64,000 bases of DNA from Chlorokybus atmophyticus. Taxonomy: Eukaryota > Plantae > Mesostigma and Chlorokybus algae. Positions 37,222-47,150 of this stretch are shown here, piece after piece. The notes under the pieces were generated by a model. That model was not told the origin of the DNA. It did not search any database and saw only the letters and a list, made by a program, of their open reading frames with translations. The DNA lies in assembly GCA_009103225.1 (NCBI GenBank), contig RHPI01002262.1:350317-414316 (forward strand), read 5' to 3'. Within the stretch, counting starts at the first letter, position 1. Each line of letters begins with the position of its first letter. Both the position numbers and the translations under genes were made by a program.

Positions 37222-40200
37222 TGTTGAGGATATTTTCTATATCCGGTCAGCCTTGCCCTCCATATAGGCATAGGCGTCAACTCCGAAGGTTTGGCCGCCA
37301 GAAGGTTCCAGGCGCGGACACCATTCGAGAAGGTACTAGGCGGAGACTCCAGTCGAAGAGAAGGTTCCAGGCGCGACTTTCAGGCGCGCACAAGAACAGT
37401 CATAACTTGGTGAAAACGTCACCGTTTGGCGCGTGGCTTAGCTTGTTAGAAAGGTCTTGAAGTTAGCTACGTCATGCAGTTGAGTTCATGATGAAAGATG
37501 ACGTGTAGCGTACACAGTTGCTTCTAGAGTAGACAGGTGTACAAGCAGCGGGTATAAAAACCCATGACTGAATTGTAATCAAGTGAAAGTGTTGCTCTTG
37601 TGTATGCTCTCGCAGCTGTAGAGTTGTGTGTGTGCATGTCAGGCATCAGCCTTAGCTACATGTGTTGCTAGCTTCTTCAATAGGTTATGGGCCCACACCA
37701 CGTGTCAAGGGTGTGATAGAAGCAGACACTAGTAGTTACCACACTACGGTAGCTTGTGTAGCAAAGTCTTGGGTGCCAACTGCCAAAGAGGAGCAGGCGC
37801 GGCAAAGATGGAGACTAGCTACGACAAGGGGTTGATTGCGAAATTGGACATCGACAACTACAGCACATGGTGTGTGGAGATGAAGGCGCTTCTCATCCAC
37901 AAGAAGATGTGGAAGTACGTGGATCCGAAGGCACCACCACCAATACCAGGGGAGAATACTGTGTGGTCTGAGCGTTCAGCAGAAGCACACTCTTTGCTTG
38001 TGTTGAATTGCAAACCGCATCACTTTCCCATGCTCACCGCATGTGAAGATGGGAGGCAGGCTTGGGAGAAGCTTGCATCCGTGTTCCAGGCCAAGAACAA
38101 CGCCAGAAAGCTTACGCTTCGCAAGCAGCTGAGTGCGCTCAAGAAGGAGGGTGGCGAGCCCATCACCAAGTACGTTGCGCGTGCAAGAGAGCTGTGGGCG
38201 GACCTCAACAACGTCGGCCACAATATGGGAGAGACGGAGGTCGTATTGGCTATTATGGCAGGACTACCAGCAGAGTATGAAGTCGTCACCACTCTGCTAG
38301 AGACATCGTCATCGGAGCTGACCCTGGACGATGTGTTGCCCAAGTTACTGACTGTGGAGCAACGTGTGGTGAAGAAGGACGAGCACGCCGACGCTGTCGC
38401 CTTCTACACAAACAAGAAGAAACCCTACAACCATGAAGAGAAGAACAAAGGCAGAGGTGGCAACCTCAACAAACACAAGAACCTTACGTGCAACTACTGT
38501 GGCTTCAAGGGTCACATCTTGAGAGACTGTCGCAAGCGCCAACGAGAACAAGGAGCCAGCACCAGCACCAACAGCAACGGCAACGACCAACGCAAGGAGA
38601 AGAACGTTGCCTTCACTGCATCAAGGGAGATGTCTACCACATCATGGGCGATAGACTCTGGATGCAACCAGCACCTGACACCACACATGGAGGTCATGGA
38701 GAACTACAGGAAGCTGCAAACCACAAAGAAGGTGGAGGGCTTCAGTGGTCACATGCTGGAGGCTGTAGGCGTGGGTGAAGTGCGGCTCAACTGCAAGGTT
38801 GGTGATAGTGTGAGAGAGGTCTTGTTGACAGAGGTTCTGCACGTTCCTGGAGCTGCTGCTAGTCTATTCTCTGTGAGGGTTGCTGAGCGCGTGGGAGGTG
38901 AGATCATCATCCGGGAGGGTCAATGCTCTGTGCTCATGGATGGGGTCGTGCATATGGTTGGCATCGCGCAAGGAGGGCTCTACATCGTGGAGCAGCCTCA
39001 TAGCATCAAGGCCAACGTGGTGAAGGAGAAGGAAACGGCTGAACTTTGGCATAGGAGGTTCGGGCATCTTGGCTACAACAACCTCACACGCCTGGTGGCT
39101 GAAGACATGGTCAAGGGCATCCACATCAGCAAGGAAGACTTTCAGGCGTCTTCAGGAGTGCTGTGTGAACCCTGTGTCATGGCCAAGCAGCATAGGATGC
39201 CGTTCCCGTCATCTTCTTCTAGCAGTCAACATTCAGGCGAGTTGGTGCACATGGATGTTTGCGGGCCTATGCGCGTTGTGGCGAAGGGAGGGGTAAGGTA
39301 CTTTGCAACTTTCCTCGACGACTACAGCAAGCTGTCTATCATCTATCCGCTATCTCTGAAGTCGGAAGTTGAAGGAGCTGTGCGCAACGTCGTGGCATTG
39401 CTGGAGACACAATCAGGCAAGAAGATGAAGGCAATGCGCAGTGATCGAGGAGGGGAGTACATCAACGCCCAGCTCAAGGACTTCTTCGCCAGCAAAGGCA
39501 TAAGGCATGAGACAACGGCGCCCTACACTCCACAGCAAAACGGAGCGGCTGAACGCCTGAACCGGACCCTGTTGGAGCGCGTGCGGGCTATGCTCAACGA
39601 TTGCAAGTTGGAGGACTCTCTGTGGAAGGAGGCCGTCCTTACCGCCAACTACATCCGCAATCGGTCACCTGTGAGCTCTGATCAGAAGACACCGTGGGAG
39701 CTCTTCTATGGAGCTGCACCAGATGTGAGTGGTATGCGTGTGTTTGGTTGCACGGCATATGCACTAGTGCCAAAGCAACTACGGCACAAGTTGGAGCCAG
39801 TCAGCAAGAAGGGAGTCTTTGTTGGCTACGAACCAGGCTCAAAGGCGTACAGGATCTTGCTGGAGGAAAGCCACAAGATCATCGCCAGCAGAGAGGTGGT
39901 GTTCCACGAGGGGTCACTACCAGAAGCGGGCTTCTTTCCAAAAGATGAAGATGAGGCACAGCCACAAGCCGTTCCTGAGAGAGTGGAGGCTTTAGGCGAG
40001 GCAGACATCATCACAGAGGACTTTCAGGCGCCGCCTGAAAGGTCTTCAGGCGAGCAGCAGCAAGCGCCTGTTCGTCGCTATCCTGAGAGAGAAAGAAAGC
40101 GTCCTGACTTCTACCACAAGGCACTTGCAGGCGTGTGCCAAGAAGGAGACAGCACAGAGGAGCCAAGTACATACCAGGAGGCACTACAAGCACCTTATGC

Positions 40201-42204
40201 AGAGCAGTGGCAGCAAGCCATGGACGAGGAGATCGCGTCACTCCATGCCAACCAGACCTGGGTACTAGAGAAGCTACCTTTAGGCGAGAAACCAATCCCT
40301 GTCAAGTGGGTCTTCAAGGTGAAGAGAGACGGTCAAGGCAACATAGAGCGCTACAAGGCAAGGCTGGTGGCAAAGGGCTTCTTGCAACAAGAAGGCGTGG
40401 ACTTCAACGAGGTCTTCGCGCCTGCAAGTAAGCATGCCACATTCCGCACATTGCTTGCCATGGTTGCGGCTGAAGACTTGGAGCTTCACCACCTTGACGT
40501 GAAGACTGCCTTCCTCTACGGAGAGCTTGAGGAAGAGATCTACATCCAACAACCACCAGGATATGAAGAAGGGGAGCCAGGCACTGTTTGCAAGCTCATC
40601 AAGGCGTTGTATGGGCTGAGACAGGCACCACGCATGTGGCACATCCGCCTCACCAAGGAGTTGGAGGCACTTGGCTTTCAGGCGTCCTTAGCAGACCCTG
40701 GACTCTTCTTCCACTCTGAGAAGAAGGTGTACCTGTTGGTGTACGTGGATGACATCATCATGACCGCCAAGCACATGAAGGACTTGGAAGAGACAAAGAA
40801 GGCACTGCAGCAGGCGTTCTCAGTGCGTGATCTTGGAGAGGCCAAGTGGTTCCTTGGCATGGTGATTGAGCGCGACAGAACGGCGCGCACCATCAAGATC
40901 AGTCAAGAGCAGATGGTGAAGAAACTTGTCACCAAGTTCGGGCTCAAGGAGGCAAAGACCAAGTCTACTCCACTTGCACTCGGCACCCACCTCGTCAAGG
41001 CAAAGGATGAGGAGGTTCTTGACAAGGCCAAGTACCCCTACGGTGAACTGGTAGGCAGCATGCTCTATCTAGCAGTGTGCACACGTCCAGACATTGCACA
41101 TGCTGTTGGAGTCCTTGCTCGCTACATGTCTGCACCGAGCATGGAGCATTGGAAGGCTGCAAAGGGTGTACTTCGCTATGTTGCTGGGAGTGCAACTATT
41201 GGCATCAAGTTTGGGAACGGGAGCTCAGAGTTGGAGGGCTACTGCGATTCAGACTTTGCAGGCGACCTCGACAGCAGGAGGTCCACCACTGGCTATGTCT
41301 TCAAGTTGAACGGAGGCATTGTGAGCTGGAACAGCAGGCTGCAGCCAACTACAGCGGCATCCACTTCAGAGGCTGAGTACATGGCAGCAGCAGCAGCTAC
41401 AAAGGAGGCATTATGGCTTCGCAAGCTGATGGCAGATCTGAAGCACCCAAAGGCGTGCATTCCAATCCACTGCGACAACCAAGGCGCCATCAAGTTGCTG
41501 AAGCATCCCATCGCCTCAGCAAGGACAAAGCACATTGATGTCATGCATCACTTTGTCCGTGACAGAGTCACAAGGAAGGAGGCCGTATTCCACTATTGCA
41601 ACACCGAGGCCATGCTTGCGGACTTCATGACAAAGGCGTTGTCACCGACCAAGTTTCAGGCATGTTGTGCAGGACTTGGCATTTGCATGTGATCATGCAG
41701 GAGCAGAGACTTCAGGCTTGAGGACAAGCTGCCCGCGTGGGAGTGTTGAGGATATTTTCTATATCCGGTCAGCCTTGCCCTCCATATAGGCATAGGCGTC
41801 AACTCCGAAGGTTTGGCCGCCAGAAGGTTCCAGGCGCGGACACCATTCGAGAAGGTACTAGGCGGAGACTCCAGTCGAAGAGAAGGTTCCAGGCGCGACT
41901 TTCAGGCGCGCACAAGAACAGTCATAACTTGGTGAAAACGTCACCGTTTGGCGCGTGGCTTAGCTTGTTAGAAAGGTCTTGAAGTTAGCTACGTCATGCA
42001 GTTGAGTTCATGATGAAAGATGACGTGTAGCGTACACAGTTGCTTCTAGAGTAGACAGGTGTACAAGCAGCGGGTATAAAAACCCATGACTGAATTGTAA
42101 TCAAGTGAAAGTGTTGCTCTTGTGTATGCTCTCGCAGCTGTAGAGTTGTGTGTGTGCATGTCAGGCATCAGCCTTAGCTACATGTGTTGCTAGCTTCTTC
42201 AATA
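37222..42204 (+). mobile_element. Intact young Ty1/Copia element: two 461-bp LTRs (37222-37682, 41744-42204), TSD GATGA
   Basis: The LTRs look identical by eye. PBS GGTTATGGGCCCA at 37683-37695; purine-rich tract before 41744; GATGA at 37217-37221 and 42205-42209. Confidence 0.95.
37808..41692 (+). CDS. Copia gag-pol polyprotein, uninterrupted
   Basis: CNYCGFKGHILRDC zinc knuckle, WAIDSGC protease, WHRRFGH, DVCG...RSDRGGE...AERLNRTL integrase, LLVYVDD RT, YCDSDFAGD RNase H. Confidence 0.95.
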   Translation: METSYDKGLIAKLDIDNYSTWCVEMKALLIHKKMWKYVDPKAPPPIPGENTVWSERSAEAHSLLVLNCKPHHFPMLTACEDGRQAWEKLASVFQAKNNARKLTLRKQLSALKKEGGEPITKYVARARELWADLNNVGHNMGETEVVLAIMAGLPAEYEVVTTLLETSSSELTLDDVLPKLLTVEQRVVKKDEHADAVAFYTNKKKPYNHEEKNKGRGGNLNKHKNLTCNYCGFKGHILRDCRKRQREQGASTSTNSNGNDQRKEKNVAFTASREMSTTSWAIDSGCNQHLTPHMEVMENYRKLQTTKKVEGFSGHMLEAVGVGEVRLNCKVGDSVREVLLTEVLHVPGAAASLFSVRVAERVGGEIIIREGQCSVLMDGVVHMVGIAQGGLYIVEQPHSIKANVVKEKETAELWHRRFGHLGYNNLTRLVAEDMVKGIHISKEDFQASSGVLCEPCVMAKQHRMPFPSSSSSSQHSGELVHMDVCGPMRVVAKGGVRYFATFLDDYSKLSIIYPLSLKSEVEGAVRNVVALLETQSGKKMKAMRSDRGGEYINAQLKDFFASKGIRHETTAPYTPQQNGAAERLNRTLLERVRAMLNDCKLEDSLWKEAVLTANYIRNRSPVSSDQKTPWELFYGAAPDVSGMRVFGCTAYALVPKQLRHKLEPVSKKGVFVGYEPGSKAYRILLEESHKIIASREVVFHEGSLPEAGFFPKDEDEAQPQAVPERVEALGEADIITEDFQAPPERSSGEQQQAPVRRYPERERKRPDFYHKALAGVCQEGDSTEEPSTYQEALQAPYAEQWQQAMDEEIASLHANQTWVLEKLPLGEKPIPVKWVFKVKRDGQGNIERYKARLVAKGFLQQEGVDFNEVFAPASKHATFRTLLAMVAAEDLELHHLDVKTAFLYGELEEEIYIQQPPGYEEGEPGTVCKLIKALYGLRQAPRMWHIRLTKELEALGFQASLADPGLFFHSEKKVYLLVYVDDIIMTAKHMKDLEETKKALQQAFSVRDLGEAKWFLGMVIERDRTARTIKISQEQMVKKLVTKFGLKEAKTKSTPLALGTHLVKAKDEEVLDKAKYPYGELVGSMLYLAVCTRPDIAHAVGVLARYMSAPSMEHWKAAKGVLRYVAGSATIGIKFGNGSSELEGYCDSDFAGDLDSRRSTTGYVFKLNGGIVSWNSRLQPTTAASTSEAEYMAAAAATKEALWLRKLMADLKHPKACIPIHCDNQGAIKLLKHPIASARTKHIDVMHHFVRDRVTRKEAVFHYCNTEAMLADFMTKALSPTKFQACCAGLGICM

Positions 42205-44401
42205 GATGAAGCACAGCCACAAGCCGTTTCTGAGAGAGTGGAGGCTTCAGGCGAGGCAGACATAATCACAAAGGACTTTCAGGCGCCCCCTGAAAGGTTT
42301 TCAGGCGAGCAGCAGCAGGCGCCTGTTCATCGCTACCCTGAGAGGGAGAGAAAGCGCCCAGACTTCTACCACAAGGCACTTGCAGGCGTGTGCCAAGCGG
42401 GAGACAGCACAGAGGAGCCAAGTACATACCAAGAAGCACTGCACATTCCTGATGGGTACTTGAGCAGCTACCTTCAGGCGAGAAAACCAATCCCTGTAAA
42501 GTGGGTCTTTAAGGTGAAGAGAGATGGTCAAGGCAACATAGAGCGCTACAAGGCAAGGCTCGTGACAAAGGGCTTCTTGCAACAAAAAGGCGTGGACTTC
42601 AATGAGGTCTTCGCGCCTGCAAATAAGCATGCCACATTCCGCACATTGCTAGGCATGGTTGCGGCTGAAGACTTGGAGCTTCACCACCTTGACGTGAAGA
42701 CTGCCTTCCTCTACGAAAAGCTTGAGGAAGAGGTCTACATCCAACAACCACCGGGATACGAAGATTGGGAGCCAGGCACTGTTTGCAAGCTCATCAAGGT
42801 GTTGTATGGGCTGAGACAAGCACCACGCATGTGGCACATCCGCCTCACCAAGGAGTTGGAAGCACTTGGCTTACAGGCGTCCTCAGCACACCCTGGACTC
42901 TTCTTCCACCCTGAGAAAAAGGTGTACCTGTAGGTGTACGTGGATGACATCGTTATGACCGCCAAGCACATGAAAGACTTGGAGGAGACGAAGAAGGCAC
43001 TGCAACAGGCGTTCTCAATGCGTGATCTTGGAGAGGCCAAGTGGTTTCTTGGCATGGTGATTGAGCGCGACAGAGCGGCGCACACCATCAAGATCAGTCA
43101 GGAGCAGATGGTGAAGAGACTTGTCACCAAGTTCGGGCTCAAGGAGGCAAAGACTAAGTCTACTCCACTTGCACTCGGCACCCACCTCGTCAAGGCAAAG
43201 GATGAGGAGATTCTTGACAAGGTCAAGTACCCCTACGGTGAACTGGTAGGCAGCATGCTCTATCTAGCAGTGTGCACACGTCCAGACATTGCACATGCTG
43301 TTGGAGTCCTTGCTCGCTACATGTCTGCACCGAGCATGGAGCATTGGAAGGCTGCAAAGGGTGTACTTCGCTATGTTGCTGGAAGTGCAACTATTGGCAT
43401 CAAGTTTAGGAGCGGGAGCTCGGAGTTGGAGGGCTACTGCGACTCAGACTTTGCAGGAGACCTCGACAGCAGAAGGTCCACCACCGGCTATGTCTTCAAG
43501 TTGAATGAAGGCATCGTGAGCTGGAACAATAGGCTGCAGCCAACTACAGCGGCATCCACTTCAGAGGCTGAGTACATGGCAGCGGCAGCAGCTACAAAGG
43601 AGGCATTATGGCTTCGCAAGCTGATGGCAGATCTAGAGCACTCAATGGCATGCATCACAATCCGCTGCGACAAGCAAGGCGCCATCAAGTTGCTGAAGCA
43701 TCCCATCGCCTCAGCAAGGACAAAGCACATTGATGTTATGCATCACTTTGTCTGTGACAGAGTCACAAGGAAGGAGGTCGAGTTCCAGTATGCAACACCG
43801 AGGCCATGCTTGCGGACTTCATAACAAAGGCGTTGTCACCAAGCAAGTTTCAGGCGTGTTGTTCGGGACTTGGCACTTGCATGTGATCATGCAGGAGCAG
43901 AGACTCAAGGATTAGGACAAGCTGCCCGCGTGCGAGTGTTGAAGATATTTCTATATCCGGTCAGCCTTGCCCTTTATATAGGCATAGGCGTCAACTCCGA
44001 AGGTTTGGCCGTCATGAGGTTCCAGGCGCGGACTCCATTCAAGAAGGTTCTAGGCGGAGACTCTAGTCGAAGAGAAGGTTCCAGGCGCGATTTCCAGGCG
44101 CGTAGAAGAACACTCATAACTCGGTTATTGCACCGATTGGCGCGTGGCTTAGCTTGTTCGAAAGGTCTTAAAGTTAGCTACGCTATGCACTTAAGTTCAT
44201 GATGATAGGTAACGTTTAGCGTACACAGTTGCTTCTAGAGTAGACAGGTGTATCTGCAGCGGGTATAAAAGCCCATGCTTGAGTTGTGTCAATCAAGTAA
44301 AAGTGTTGCTCTTGTGTATGCTCTCGCGGCTGTAGAGTTGTGTGTGTGCATGTCCAGCATCAGCCTTAGCGACATGTGTTGCTAGCTTCTTCAACATTCT
44401 G

Positions 44402-46900
44402 ACCACAAAGACACGATCTCGCGTGGGAGGAGCCATGCCATGAGGATTTCATCCTCCAGTTGCCGCTAAGTCTGTTCTGGCAGCGTGTGATATTCAGGCA
44501 GTGGGAACACTCGGTCACTGCGTTCAACGCGTGTTGTGTGCTCCCCTCCGCACCCAAAAGCAATGGTAGTGGAATCCGCTCCACGCATGGTCTTCCATGC
44601 ACGCTTAGCTTGCTGACCTCGCGGGACAGCTTCAGTGACGTCGAGGGCGGGCAATGTAGTTGCGCCTGTCGCTGCAGTGGCAGCAGGCTCGACGATGGCA
44701 TAGCCGGTGGTTGCGAGAGTGCCGCTCAGTGGCGCGAGAGTGGTCTCAACGCTTGCTGACATAGGTGGTCTTGCAGTTGGAGTGGGACCGGTGCGACCTA
44801 CTGCTGCAGGGTCGGTGACAGCAGAGGCTGTTGCCAGTGTGCTCACTAGTGTTGGCGGCACGATGCCCACTGATGCACCAACTCTTGGTGCAAATGGAGT
44901 AGTTGCTGCTGACATTGATGAAGTCAACTTCGTAGCCGGTGTGGCTGCTGATGCAGCGCCATTGGTGGCTTCAGAGGAGGTGGCTGCTGACAATGTTGCG
45001 GCTTCCCCTCGAACCCGTTGGGATGGTTGAATACGTGACGGAGTAATGGTGTCTCTTGTGCGCTTTTAAGCCATCAGTGCCCACCGGGTAAAGTAGCATG
45101 CGCGGTAGTCCTGCTTCTTGTCTTCCTTTAAGCGTGCCATACGCGCCATGAGGGCAGCCATATGGTCATCAGCTGGCGGGTTGGCTGGAGCCTTGGCGGC
45201 AACAGCAGCAGCGCGCGGACGTCTTTCCAGTCCCTTGCGCTGAGGAGGGCAATTCTTACCCTTGAAGCCTTGCTCTTTCTTGCGAGCGTTGGCGTAGTTG
45301 TTGGTATTGTTATGGCCTCCGGTGTGATTGCTGTTGTAGCCACCAGAGTTGTTGCCGGTGTGGCCTCCAGTGTTGTTGCTGTTGTAGCCATCAGAGTTGT
45401 TGCCGTTGTGGCCTCCGCTGTTGTTGCTGTTGTAGCCACCAGAGTTGTTGCCGTTATAGCTGTTGACGGGTCTTGTAACAATTGGGGCCCGACCACTAGG
45501 CTATGGTAGTAAAAGACACTACCATAAGTGAGGTCTGTCACAATCTATCCCAATCCGTGACATTCCTCCCCAATTTAACCCATGAGTTCCTCATAATCCA
45601 ATGAGGCACTAGCCCACGTCGCCGTTTTCGCCGCCGTACCACAATCGGTCTGCCCGCGGCCTGATGGATTCGGCCCACAAACGGTCCTGACCGACCGAAC
45701 GGCCATCCTCACCGCGCGACCTGCCATCGCAGCGCGACCGCTCACGCGGCCTTACGTTGAACTGGCTCGGCGCGCAGGTCGTGATCCCGCGCCCAGCCTA
45801 GGGCAAGCCGCCCCAAATGTTTTTGTTTTTGCCTTGGATCTGCCTCAGTCCCCTACGGGAATTGAACCTGAGACGTCAAGCTCCGAAACCATTGTAACAA
45901 TTGGGGCCCGACCACTAGGCTATGGTAGTAAAAGACACTACCATGAGTGAGGTCTGTCACAATTTATCCCAATCTGTGACAGGTCTCAACTCAGGGAATT
46001 TGAGCCAGCAGACTGATTCCAAGTGGCCTGTCTTGTGACAGTATTTGCAGACTAGATTTGAGTGCTCTTCGGTGCACTCCTTTTGGTAGTGCCCATGCCG
46101 TCCGCAGCGATGACACAGCATAGGGGCAGGCCAAGCAGTATGCGCTGACCGTTTCCCTTTGTCGTGTGCTGGTGGAGTGTCTCGGCCATGTTCGCGGCGA
46201 GGAGGCTCGACAGTTGTGCTGGCTACAGGCCGTGAGGCGCTACGGTTGGTGTCCAGCACTGCCTTCTCATACACACACTAGCGCTTATGCATGGCTTTTG
46301 CAGTCTTGATCTCAATTTCTGCAGGGGTCGGGTTGACGATCACCAACTCAGGTTCCTCTTCCTTTGCTCTGTCAATGGCTGTCGATATGGACAACCCGGT
46401 GATTGCAGCGGGAGTGGAAGGTGGAAAGACGGCTGCTGGACTGTGCAGTGACACAGATGCTATGGTACCGGCGAGCTCGCCATAGCCATCAACTCGATGC
46501 AGTGCAGCAACAGACTTCCAAACATCATGTGCTTCATGGTCCGGATACTGAGCAGCAATGTGAAAAGAAATCTCATCTGACCAGCCTTTGTTTTTCAGTG
46601 CCTGCTGTCGCATATTGGAATGAAATTTAATAATGACTCCGTTCAGCGAGGTAGTGGCAGCACGTCCGGAAAAGCGCAGGGACGTGGTTGAGCAGGAAGA
46701 CTCCATCTCGTAGTCGTCACTATCGGATGAGAGTGGGGAAACTCGATGTCGAGGAGTGGACAGGAACGGAGTGAAGTCGGAGACAAAACGCGAGCCTCTG
46801 CTGCTACGATCGTTGCTCCCGTCGCTGGTCCGCTCGTAGGTGAGATTGGAGGGCTCCAGCTGCTGAGGTCACCCTTGTCTATTGGAGAGAACGGGGTGGG
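44402..46900 (-). pseudogene. gag region of the DNMT-Gypsy: two CCHC knuckles, Asn/Gly octapeptide repeats, Ala/Thr-rich tract
   Basis: CHRCGRHGHYQKEC and CKYCHKTGHLESVC. Removing the TRIM restores ELRP|VNSYNGNNSGGYNSNN in frame. Linking it to 33.1-34.5 kb across the Copia nest is inferred. Confidence 0.7.
45474..45981 (-). mobile_element. TRIM (miniature non-autonomous LTR element): 89-bp LTRs 45474-45562 and 45893-45981, TSD GGTCT
   Basis: LTRs TGTCAC...GTTACA. PBS-like TGGTTTCGGAGC one base after the 5' LTR; PPT GGGGAGGAA before the 3' LTR; GGTCT at 45469-45473 and 45982-45986. Confidence 0.9.
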
Positions 46901-47150
46901 CCTTCTCATACACCTAGTCAAAAAGTGGAAGTGTATGCAGGGTAGAGTGTTTGTGCTCTACTGCCTGTCTTGATGCCGCTACCACTCACCACACCAGTGC
47001 TTGTGTGCGGACTATGTTATGACAGTGATAACGAATGCACAGGGATGTGTCCCCACATACAGACTGCACTATCTGATGCAGAATGCGACGCACTCACTTG
47101 AGCAAAGAGGGTCACACTCTGAGTCAACAAGCCACTACTATAGGTAGTGC

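Larger units (their letters stand above)
34554..44396 (+). mobile_element. Older Ty1/Copia element (LTRs 34554-34951 and 43937-44396), with stops, split by a nested copy
   Basis: gag-PR-INT from ATG 35075 with a stop at 36713; RT/RNase H at 42210-43880. Flanks TTTTG/TTCTG form a near-TSD. The 5' LTR lacks about 60 bp between GAAGGTTCCAGGCGC repeats. Confidence 0.9.

Noticed and set aside
37212-37460. 81-82-aa ORFs at 37212 and 41737
   Set aside because: Incidental frames in the two LTR copies.
45840-45935. A genuine tRNA gene
   Set aside because: A and B boxes are present, but the acceptor and T stems do not pair. Kept only as promoter-like boxes in the TRIM.
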